A stretch of 64,000 nt of DNA, from positions 10,044,001 to 10,108,000 of the forward strand of contig CM114271.1 of assembly GCA_050084515.1 (NCBI GenBank), given 5' to 3'. The stretch comes from Blasia pusilla. Its lineage: Eukaryota. Below the pieces are notes generated by a model that saw only the letters and a program-made list of their open reading frames with translations, did no database searches and was not told the origin of the DNA. Position 1 is the first letter of the stretch; the number at the start of each line of letters is the position of its first letter. The position numbers were made by a program, and so were the translations under genes. Shown piece by piece: positions 38,801 through 49,424 of this stretch.

Positions 38801-41227
38801 AGCCGCCGTCGGTCGGTGGCGTCTCTCCTTGGGATGGTCGAGATTTCCACGGCTTGACTTGATGAGCCGCCGAGTCCCCGATTCGGCGCTGGAATGTGAA
38901 ACGTCGCCTTTTCCAATCAGAGTCACCCTCGCGCCATACAGCCAGGGTCTTCCGATGAGCAAAGGATAGCCCGTCGCGGTCAGGGGTTGCAGGACTAAGT
39001 AGTCCAATGAAACAACACACCCCGAGCATGGTCGGAATTTGCGTGATGCCGAGGGGTCTCTTCCGGATTGATCCCAAACCGCAAGTACTTGTCGGTGGGC
39101 TCGTGCACAATGCGTGTACCCTAGGCCCGAGCCGTTTGCTCGTCATAATATTGATTCCGCTTCCGGAATCAATGGGGACCTTCTTAATAGTATGGCCCTC
39201 AATCTCCACCTCCACTTTTGGGGCTCCCAAGTCTTCTACTTTGATGCGGAACAAATCCACCACTGGCAGATGCTTCACCGACTTTCTGGGTCTTTTGCGG
39301 CTGATTTTCCACTGCTGCAAGATTTTTCCGTATACTGGGTTATCCATTAGCAACTATAGCAGGGTTATGTTGGCCGGGGTTGACGCCAAGTCCCTCAATA
39401 AATCGTAAGCTTCTAGGACCAGTGGTGATTTCGCCATGGCTTGGACTGTCGTACTTGGTTTGGCCTTTGTCTTCTCTGGGGTCTGTTTCCCCTCTGGTCC
39501 CTGGGCCTCCCGAACTTGAGCACGGACCTGGTCCTCCACATCCTGATGGAAGTATTTCGGATGACTTTGGTCAAAGGCCGGGTCCACATCGCCTTTGAGG
39601 ATGGCCTTCCCGGCACGTAAGGTGCTCACAGCTTTGTTCTTGGGTTCCCTAGCTTCGCGCGAAGACGAAGCACCCTTCTTTACCTTTGGGGTCCCCGCGC
39701 TCTGACTCTTCGATCTTGTGGTGACCGCCAACACAGTTTCTTGAAATTCTTTGGGCCAGTCCAATGATTCCTCGTTGGCCCCTTCGGTCGAGTCTTCCTC
39801 ATTGATGGTGAATCGCTTTGGTCTCGGGGACACTACTTCTTCCACCCGGATCAGTTGTACATTTACATCGTTCTTGGGCTCTGGTTGAGCCGCGGGAGTA
39901 TTTACGTATCTGACCAACAAATGCGGGACCTTGGGCTCCAGGCATTCCACGGCAGTGTGCCCGCCCTTCTTGCAGTTCCCGCATAAGGGATTGAGTCCCA
40001 CTGGTCGCTTCGGGTTTGGGCAATTATTGGCCCAATGGTCTACTGTGCCGCAGTTATAACAAAAATTTCTTTTGATGGGTGGCGTGAAGGCCGCCGCACC
40101 CATAATCTGTCTCAGGGGTCTTTGTTCTCCGTATTCCGGAGGTACATACCGCGTGATCCAGCTTCTCCCAGGGTTTGAGGGTGGTACCGCTTGAACGGCA
40201 TAGCACCCTTCCCACTGTTTTGGTTCATACCATCCTTCTTCAATAGGGGCCTCTTCCTGGATCCACCGCAGATCCCTCTGAGTTGGGCATTCTTGTACAG
40301 TATGCCCCTGGGTTCCACAACTACTACACCAAATGTTGGGCCTCATCAGCCCGGGTCGTCTTCTGGGGTCCTTCTGGGCCGCCAGATGTACCTTCAACTC
40401 AGCCATTTGTTTACTGAGTTCCTCCATGGCCGACTTGCCGGCCTTCCTTGCCGTCCCTCTTACTGGACTTTCCGACCACTGAGGACGACGCTTGGTACTT
40501 GGTCGGGTTTTGGTCTGGTGCTTGGGGGAGCGATGACGCCTGCTCTTCCCTTTCCTTTTAGCTTTTACCTCCTGCTCCGAGTCCGAGGACTCGGACGAAT
40601 CCTCTGTAGAGGATTCCGTGTCGGTGGAGGACGCTTCGTCTTCGGACCAAGCACTAGTCTGCGACGCCCCTCTTCGTTGGTGACACCGTCTTCATGTTCG
40701 GCGGGACTTTTCTGAGGCTTTGTACGCCTCAGCAGAGGCTATGACCGCCTCAGCAGAGGCTATGACCGCCTCCAAGGAATCCCGTTGGCCTCTTCGACAA
40801 TACCGATCCATTTCTTTGGACAAGCCGGACACGAACCAATCTACCAATTGGGAGGTAGTCGTGTGTTCTAGCTTATTCACAAGGCTCCGGAACCGTTGGG
40901 TATATTCCCGGAGGGTCTCCCTCTTTCTACGCTTTAGGTCGCGAAGCTTTGTAAGAAGCCTGTCCTCGAACTCCAAGTCGCGGAACTCATGTAGGAAGGA
41001 TTCCAAGACGCTTTTCCAGGTTTCCGTGACTTCTGCTCCGAGACCTTCGTACCACAGGCTTGCTCGCTTCTTGAGCAGGCCCGGAAAGACTGTAACAAAT
41101 CCTCCTCTGCCCCTTCCCCGTTGGCTTTTGCGACATGGGTGAATTCAAGAACAAAGTTATCCACATCATCTCGTCGGCCTCCAGCAAAGGTGGGGTACCT
41201 TAGCAGAGTTTTTCTAGTGTTGGCCAT
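35868..41227 (-). pseudogene. Gypsy gag-pol (gag with three zinc knuckles, protease, RT, RNase H, integrase), frameshifted
   Basis: YPTFAGGRRDDV; CSSCGTQGHTVQEC, CYNCGTVDHWANNC, CGNCKKGGHTAVEC; IDSGSG; RVCQDYRKLN; MPFGLCNAPATFQR; FLDDF; FHVYVDTS; WGIDFVGP; SDRGTHF; NWMGPY. Confidence 0.95.
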
Positions 41228-44200
41228 GGGAACTGCTCTCCTGCTGGCCCCCGGGCTTGATGCTCGAGAGGGAGGAGGTAAAGGTGCCGCCCGAGGTGCT
41301 CTGATCGGCTCCTCGCTCCCTGACTCCCCAAAGGGGTCCCAGGACAACTCTTCGTCCGACTGCGAATTGGCAGGGGAGGTAGTGGAGAATTTGTCCCTTT
41401 CTTTCTTCTTGCTCTTTGCCTTCGGACGAGGATTTAAGACTCGAGACAAACCAGCCGCTCTCAAGCCGGTTCTTTATTCTCGCCGCTATCATACCGATCG
41501 CTCATGCTGCTCGCGAAGAGGGCTGAGAGCCTTCCATAAGTCTCTTGGGGGATTTGGCAACTTGCGTTCACCCCCACGGTGGCGATAGGGTAAGGATCCA
41601 TGGATGGAGGTTAACTACTGATTCTTTTTATATCTACAGGAGGGTGCCTGGTGCTCCTACGCTTCCTGCTAGGTTTTCCTCCCATAGACAGAAGTACCGG
41701 GTTTTCACCAAGTACAACTATCGTCCATGGGCGAAACACTGTTCGGCAACTGGTTCTTTGACCATTCTAATTAGTTGGTCTATCTTCTCTAGCACCAATG
41801 CAGCAATTGTATTGTTATCTTCAAGAATACATTGTCTTATGGGGGTCGCTAGAGCTAGCCGATGGTCTTTAGTAAGAACTAGAATGTGGGGTTGTCTAGG
41901 AGCGAAGCTTTTTTCTCCGTTCCCTGCTCCCCCATGGGTCTTTCTCTCCCTTCTCAGCCAAGGATATGATCCCCGGCAGCGGCGCCAAAAAGTCTTCGAC
42001 TATATGTAATGTCTAAGTGTTTCTTATTTACAGTCAATTGTAGAGTTCGATCCCCAAGAGGATCATTGTTGGATGAAAAGAGAGTATAAAGCTATGATTA
42101 TGTTGTAAAAGTGTAATTGATTATGTAATTCAAATGTAATATTCCAATAACATCTTCCGATCCTTTTTTAGTACCTATGTTTTCTTCTTCAATTCTCTCG
42201 AGTGGAGTTTAAAGTACGCTCAGGCAATTTGTTCTCTCGACATCTCGGAACCTCACAGAGACCTCAAGAATAAAGCTGGCTTCTCCTACTTTGAACTCAA
42301 CGTGGGAGGTTTCTCTCTGTCAAACAGATTTCATACAACTTTATGTTGATTATTCCATTGATGAGAAAGGTTCTTTGATTCACTCTTCACTCAGCAGACC
42401 CAAAAAAGAATATTCGAGACATAAGCATCGCACATCGAATGAATGAATGAATGCTTTACTACTCCATCAAGAATTGGAAGACTTCAAAGTATATACAAGC
42501 TCGAGAGGGTACAACTCTCTTGCTCGGACCATTCCTACAGCATAAGGACTTCATGAGCGAATGATTATAATAGCTTCTGTCCTGTTTCTTAAATATTCTG
42601 GAGAGTAGGAGCGTTTCCATGATCCGAAGCGTTCTTGATGAAGTTGGTGTCTCTTCAATATCTGTAACTACCTAGATCTATGGTTCTCTTAGCTTTTCCT
42701 ACGATCCCTGTAAATCCGCGGTGCAAAACTGTTCTAACTACCAATTTGATACAAAGGGTCGCGCCCTTTCCTAGTATAATTGCTTAAACTATGTGTCGGT
42801 TCGAATCACAATCATGCTGAGCTTCGCTGCGCTAAATTTCCGGAGGACGGAGTTCTTCATTCTTCTTCGTCTTCGTGCTTCGTGCTTCGTGCAAAAGCAA
42901 AGTACTTCGTAAACAGAGCTTCGTTGAGCTTCGTTAGATTTTTTTAAGCTTCGCTAAGCTTCGCTGAGCTTCGCGTTGATCCTTTATACTTCGTTACAGC
43001 TTTTGATTCTCCTCTAAGGCAAATCCTTGATCTTCCATCTCTCTGCCTTGTCTTAGGAGCTTGATGATTCACTTATTCTTCTTCATAATAATAAATAATC
43101 ATAATCAAAATCATAATATACAAGAGTCTTCGTTGAATAAAAAGATATATTCTTCAAGATTACAAAATTGTGGGTATCACAGCAGGTACGTGGGGAAAAT
43201 TACCGGTAGCCTTGAAATTGTGGGCTTCGCCGCCAGATGCAGAGACATTCTCCATGTACGACGTGGAGATGGGGCAACACATGTCCGATTGGGAGGTGGA
43301 TAATTGCCCCATTTGGCTCGACTTCAACGACCCTGAAGACATCACGGATAAGGACTTACGAGTGCTTCATGATGCAGTGGCCTTAGGACAAGACGACATC
43401 CCCAATTTCGTCTAGCCTGAAGACTTCTTCGGAGGAGATGCAGAAGAGTAGGCCCACGAGACAGCTGAGTTGGCTTCCTAGGTCCGCACAGCCAAAGACA
43501 AATCCACAGTGGGTCTCAAAGGCAAGGCGAGGGGAGGGAAAAATTCAGAGGCCGAGTCTTCCCAAAGAGAGGCTGAAGATTCAAGGCCAGAGGTGAAATC
43601 GTCCGGACGAGCGGGGAGAGAGGGTCGGACCAGGTCCTCGGCGAAAAAAACGCCACCAGAATCTGAGGTCATAGAAACCCCGACAAGCCGTCCCCAGGCT
43701 AGGGAGAATTGGAAGCGAGAGGTGCCCGGGTTGTCCCAAGGAGAATACAGCCCATCATCCTTGGGAAGACACAGACAAACAACGACCGGACAAGCGTCCT
43801 CCTTGATTCACTCCTTTTCGGCCGAAATGAAGAGATTCGATTCTCAGCGTCGACACCGACCATCGAAAAATTGACAACGCTGGGACGGAAGCTCCAACGA
43901 AACGGGCACGCTGCCTGGACGGTGAATGGAGTGGTCGAAGAGGTTGCGGTGGATCTCTTGATCGCCGATATGCCCTCGGGGTTGCGACTTTGGGGCGAGG
44001 ATCCGTCGAACGAGGTACCTGAGTGGAATGTGCCGCTCTCTTATGACCAGATTGCACTTTTGTTCTCCTTTGCAGACGCCTATCTGAGTGACAGGGGCTG
44101 CTTCTTGGTGTTGATTGGAGGGAGCGAGGACGAGCTCTTCAACCTCCAGTGCGTCAAGAGGTCGCTAAAGTGGAGGACGGCACAATCGTGGATCATAAAA

Positions 44201-44312
44201 AACGAGTACCCATTCCGATCCGCGACGAGTCAGATTCGGGGAAGGCTCAATTCATGTACTATAATTTCAATTATATTTTAATGATTTGTAGAATGAGAGT
44301 CAATCTGGGTTT

Positions 44313-44707
44313 TTTTTGTCCGTGAGCAACCCGTCGGAAGGCGACGGGTTGCTGGCTTAGAGCAGCCCATGCTTGGCTGAGAGCAACCCGTCGGTTTCCG
44401 ACGGGTTGCATCTTTCCCACATACAGGGAAAACCGCGGTGTACCTGCAACCCGTTAGAACCCGACGGGTTGCAGTTGCTTTTGGTTTTTCCCAGTTGATT
44501 TTGGTTTTTGGATGCAACCCGTCTGATAGCGACGGGTTGCTCTCAGGCGAGCATGGGATGCTCTAGGCCTGCAACCCGTCGCCTTCCGACGGGTTGCTCA
44601 CGGACAAAAACAACGGAGCCCGACGGATTGTTTTGTCCCTGACCAACCCGCCGGAAGGCAACGGGTTGGTCCGGGACAAAACAACCCGTCGGACTCCGAC
44701 AGGTTGA
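44313..44707. repeat. Palindrome cluster D with two larger fold-back structures, intron 3 of the ParB-like/MTase gene
   Basis: Copies at 44326, 44383, 44446, 44514, 44571, about 44612 (partial), 44643 and 44681. Inverted arms at 44313-44412 / 44511-44610 and a hairpin at 44614-44698. Confidence 0.92.
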
Positions 44708-45835
44708 TCCAAAGTCAGTTATTGAAAATGTTCTCAAGGCGACTTCTTTAGTTTCTGACATTGTTTCCAACGTGCTAATTTATAAATGGACCACTCCTAC
44801 GTCTATTGCTTCGTTCGGCCCGAGCACAATTTCCAGGTGTTGAAGATCCAGGATCCTGTGGATCCATGCTCAGATGGGTACAGCTTAGATAGTTTGTACA
44901 ATTCCCCCCCGGGAATTTACATGCAAGACAGTACCCCACTTTTGGGAGGAAGGGAAAAGTCGCCAGCCCTGATGCAAACGCTCATCGAGCTCTGCTCAAG
45001 GCCGGGTGACTTGGTGTTCGACTTAGTGGGACTTTGAGGGGCAAGTATCAAAGGCGCCTAGCAGAGTGGCAGGAACATTCTCTGCCTCGAGGGAAGGCAG
45101 GAACTGTTTGACCTTTGCAAGGAGGCAAAGGCAGAATACGAAAGGCTCGTTGGGGCGTACAACTCTCCACCGAAGCCGAGAGCTCTGGTTCCAGAGCCAC
45201 CCTTGGTAGTGACTCCATCGTCACTTCCAACGATTCCCAAAATCGGGAGGGCAAGGCCGAAAGTGATTTTGCAAGAGCTCTCGGACGATGATGAGTGAGT
45301 TCAAAGAACTCAACAACCCAGCTTGACTGCAGCGTTTGGAGTAGGGAGTTTTTTGATAATGAGGCAAAAGATTTCATAGAATAGATCAAATGTACAGTTC
45401 CGAGATTTTTTGGATGATATAAAGCAGAAGATTTTTTTGATCGATGGTGGTGCTTGTTAATGTTTGCTGATCATAGGGGGAGTGATCGAGCCACGGCCAC
45501 GAGAGATGGCGATATTAGCAGCATTCAACAGCGCCATCACTTGGCCTAGTGATTTGATTGAGGGGCATGTCCATATAGAGGACACACCCGCACTTGACAC
45601 TTATGGGGAGAGAAGTGTTATGATAGCCGTATCATTCCATGGAGGAGAGTTGTCCCTTTGGGGCTTGATTGACAAGCTTTTACACTTAGCCGGTGAGCAC
45701 GTGGAGACGGCATGGAGTGAGACATTTGCACCAGAGCGTGATGGGTTAGAGAAACCTGAGGTAGCCAGGAGTGCTACAATGACACCCTTGGACATAACAC
45801 TGATTTTGTGGTGTATTCTAGAGGAGGGTATTTGA

Positions 45836-46650
45836 GTGTTGGATTTCTTCGGAAGGATCAACACTAGGTTAGTTGTTGTTTTGCAGGCATGAGTGTGCGC
45901 GCAACATTATTTGTATGTTGAGCTTGATGAGGTTGCAAGGCATATTTCACTACAACATGTGGCACAATTATAACTCCATTTTCTCGACTTGTTGTGTGTG
46001 TCCGCTATACAAGGGTACCAGAGTTCCCTACCGAGGGACATTTCATTGCTGGGGGCATAGGACTTGGAGCGAGTAGGGACCATTGATTTGGTCATTGATG
46101 GTTGGCTATGTTAGGGCCAGTCAAGTGTTGGATGAGATGGCAGGTTTGCTCACACTCGGTCCAGGTTGTTTTGGGAGATGATGAGGATCTTGCGACACTT
46201 GTAGGAATATCAATCCCATTCTCCAACTTACATCTTGGAGAATGTACTAATTTTGGGCATTTGGAGGTCACATCAGGTACGTGCATGGATCGGCCCAATA
46301 GTATTTTTGGATGCGGCCAGTGTAGGTTCACTAGCACATTGCTTGTGTCTTTGGTGGACCAACTTGGTGTCACATGAGGTGTTGCGTAGGGCGTATGCGA
46401 GAGTGGAGCCCCCCTCCCATTTGTTGGTGGATTCCATTATGGATCCAAATTGTCAATCATAGGCAATGAGGCATGATGATTGACCGCCATTGACTATGGT
46501 CAATAGGATTGACATGCCACGGGTAGCCTTTCCCATATTTTTGAGTTTTCCCGCTTCCTATACATATCGGCATTTGGTGAGTCCCATACCTACTGAGACG
46601 GTTGAGGCAATGGCTGGGGGTGAGATCTACAGCGATCGACATGCCAAGGG
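45836..46650 (+). pseudogene. Cytosine-C5 DNA methyltransferase domain inside Gypsy pol (copy 1)
   Basis: Read through stops in one frame: VLDFFGRI (motif I), YLYVELDEVAR (II), LPRDI (III), IDLVIDGWLC*GQS (IV, from WPCQ), RSRLFWE (V), YILENV (VI, 46238-46246) and LDAASVGSLAHCLCLWWTNL (VIII, decayed RxR). Confidence 0.88.
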
Positions 46651-46999
46651 TGACTCTTGGACTTCTTAGGATGTTTTACAGGTACGCCGATAGATGATAA
46701 CTATAGCATGGAGCGTGGTTCTGGGTTCTACACGTGGAGGAGATGAGATTCTGTAGTTGGTTGTAGGGGAGCAGTCAAGTCATGTTGTTCGAGATGGGAT
46801 TATACCATCAATACCCGCGCCTAAGAGTCCTACCATAGTCACGATGGAGACTTGGGAGCCAGATATGGGCCCTAAGTCCTAAGTTGACAAGAGGAGAGCG
46901 GCGTTAGATACATCAGTTCCTTAGGAGTTATAGGAGGTGTTTTGCATTTAGCATGCAAAATTTGGATACGCTGAAGGGTCCAAGGATCCGTAATGAGTT

Positions 47000-48340
47000 T
47001 TCTAGTGACACGCCAATCTTCCAACAACCTTAAATGAATAGTGAAATGGAGAGGGCTCTTATTCAGAGTAGGAGCCAAGACTAGTGGAGATGTTGCATGG
47101 GAAGTAAGCATCTACCTCTACTATGCCTGCTAAGAAGGATATAACTTGCAACTGATTGGATAGGCTGATCTGTGGAGATTACCAACCTCTTAATCCGTAA
47201 ACAAAGTCCGATAAATATGCCATGTCTACGCTTTAGGAGATCTTTGATGCTATTGGGCATGCAAAGGTCTTCAATTCATTAGATCTTCAAGTCAAATATC
47301 ATCAACTGCCTATCAGATTGGAGAACAGGCAGAAGACGGCATTTTGGGGCATCGATCCTCACGGGAAGGATTGTTTGTACTTGTGGCGATTCTTACCATT
47401 TGGGTTAAAAAATGGCTCGACTAAGTTTCAGAGGGTCATAGAGAGGATCTTGGTAGGTCAAGATTTTGCTAGGTGTTATATCAATGACATTGTAGTCTTT
47501 AGCGCCACGGTTGAGGAGCATGAGCGACATCTGGAGGAGGTGTTCCGAAGATTGCAGTTACACGGGCTGAAGCTACATCCAGGAAAGTGTAAGTTCTTCT
47601 ACGACCAGATTGAGTACCTAAGACATATGATATACCCAAGTGGCCGTGGTATGCAAAAGATAAAAGAAGAGGCTATTTAACACATTCCACGCCCTATAGA
47701 TGTGAGTCCTGTTTGTGCATTCATGGGATTGGCAAACTTCTATCGACAGCACGTCAAGGGTTTTAGCTTGATTGCGAAGCCGCTAACCTTGTTGACCAAG
47801 GTGGATCACAAGTGGTACTGGGAAAATAAGCAAGAGAGAGCATTTCAACTGCTCATGACAAAGTTGATGTATGCATCCATATTCAGGAGACCGATTAGGG
47901 GACGTCCTTTCCAGTTGCATATAGATTGGAGCATGTTGGGGCTTGGAGCGGTGCTCAACCAACATGACGATGAGGTTAGAGAGTTCGTGGTAGCTTATGC
48001 TAGTCGCTCGAATAATGATGTAGAGGCAAAGTATAGCTTGTATGAGGGTGAGTGCTTGGCTGTAGTGTGGTTTGTCGCGCATTTTGGATGTTACTTATAC
48101 GGCATCCCCTTTACCATCATAATTGATCATTAGCCACTTAAGTGGTTGATGAAGTCTAACAAGCTTGCGAGGTGGTCTCTATTGTTACAAGAGTATGATT
48201 TCCAAGTGGTACATAGACTTGGGATACTCAACCAGGATGCAGATAGGTTGAGTCGTAACCCTTGTTTGAGTCAGCGAGATGTGATTGGAGCTCGGTGGCA
48301 TGGAGAGAGTGATGAGGAGTTGGTGCCAAGATAGCACGCG
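47000..48340 (+). pseudogene. Gypsy reverse transcriptase and RNase H (DNMT-Gypsy copy 1)
   Basis: KTAFWG...FLPFGLKN..KFQRV...CYINDIVVFS; FMGLANFYR; FQLHIDWSMLGLGAVL; VAYASRS; EGECLAVVW; KLARWSLLLQEYDF. Confidence 0.92.
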
Positions 48341-49424
48341 TCAGCGTATTTGGGCTTGTGGCTATGGAGAGCTAAAGTGTTGAGACTTCGATGGCGAGGT
48401 TTGATGGAGAGTCCTTAGATCCAGAGGCTGATGCGGAGGCAACAGGTGGCCAAGATATACATGAGGATGGAGTAGTCTTGGAGGACTTGCCCATTGGCAA
48501 TGTCATGAGCACAGTGGATGCTATAGAGCGCGATCAAATCCTACAGCAATCGAGACAATTTCGGTGGGAGAGGACACATGTGTTGTAAGTTTGGGAGGAT
48601 GGTAGAGTAGGTATAGTGCGTCGTCCTTCACAGAGAGCACTTTTGATGCGACATGCCCACGAGGAGTTGCACTAGAAGAAATGGGTGGTTTTTATGACTA
48701 GACTTTAAATGACTCACCAAAAGAATGACTCAAATTATGACTAGCATGGTTTAGTCATAAAATTTAGGTTCATTCAACTCACCTAGTTATCTGCTTATGT
48801 CTCAAGTTGTTATCAATGACCTTTAGTCAAGACGAGTCATACTTGTTTAACTCACCTAGTAATATTAAGTCATAAACAACGACTGATATGTTTAAATGAT
48901 TACATGCTGTAATGTTATCGTATTTTTTATTGGTGTTGGGATATGAGTTCTTACCCTAAGTTTCAACACTATTTTTTCTATGTGTTTATGGGGTTGGGGT
49001 AACCCTTTGGGAAAATTTTCTTGATTTTTGGACCTCTAGTTGAGTAGGAAGGGTAGAAAAAGAGGTATCAAGAAGAAAGAGGACGGATTTGAGTAGGATT
49101 TTTCCAAGTGTTTATGCCATTTTCATGTTAACTATCTTTATTTTCCGACCATTAGAGCTATCCTTACTTCCAACCATTGGATGGTGATAAAACTTGGCAC
49201 TAGCCTTTTTATTATACCTTTCTTAAACTTCAACGGTTCAAATCCAACCTTAAGCCCCCCACTCTCATACCAAAAATGAAATATCTTATTTAGGGTTTAG
49301 GATTTTTAATTCCATGTGTGAGTGGTCATTTAAAGTTGTTTCTTTTCCCCTATGATCCTAGGGTTGGAGTGTCCCTATGGAAAAATTTTCCAGAGTTTTG
49401 AACCCCTTCTTGAGGGTGGAGGGG

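Larger units (their letters stand above)
32415..43181 (-). mobile_element. Full-length Athila-like (non-chromovirus) Gypsy element with an extra ORF
   Basis: LTRs at 32415-33595 and 42005-43181 (about 1.18 kb, highly similar). TSD GCACG/GCAGG, tRNA-Asp PBS at 41968-41987, PPT TTGAGGGAGGGGGTA (minus) at 33596-33610. Confidence 0.96.
29864..45298 (+). pseudogene. Long multi-exon gene: coiled-coil/acidic N-terminus, ParB/Srx-like domain, C-terminal beta-class amino (N4C/N6A) DNA methyltransferase-like domain; split by an LTR element
   Basis: Exons 29864-30493, 30584-31055, 31456-32414 plus 43187-about 44239, and about 44786-45298. Introns 30494-30583 and 31056-31455 are GT-AG and frame-preserving. 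Motifs IPLCRL, FYV, FFIWDGNHRFMAW, VDLLIADMPSG, YLSDRGCFLVL and REKSPALMQTLIELCSRPGDLVFDL..GASI..A..SGRNILCLE. The frame is restored across the LTR insert (CKNA|GTWGKLP). Confidence 0.8.
24149..45465. mobile_element. Putative Mutator-type DNA transposon without evident TIRs, with two divergent genes and palindrome arrays (about 10.5 kb after removing the 32415-43186 insert)
   Basis: Homology to the host Gypsy stops after GTCCACCT (24148) and resumes at about 45470. The interior is GC/CpG-rich and carries the same palindromic motif in four non-coding clusters. Boundaries are approximate. Confidence 0.7.

Noticed and set aside
41968-41987. tRNA-Asp gene (also at 3702-3721)
   Set aside because: Only the 3' 20 nt including CCA are present, next to an LTR, so it is a primer-binding site.
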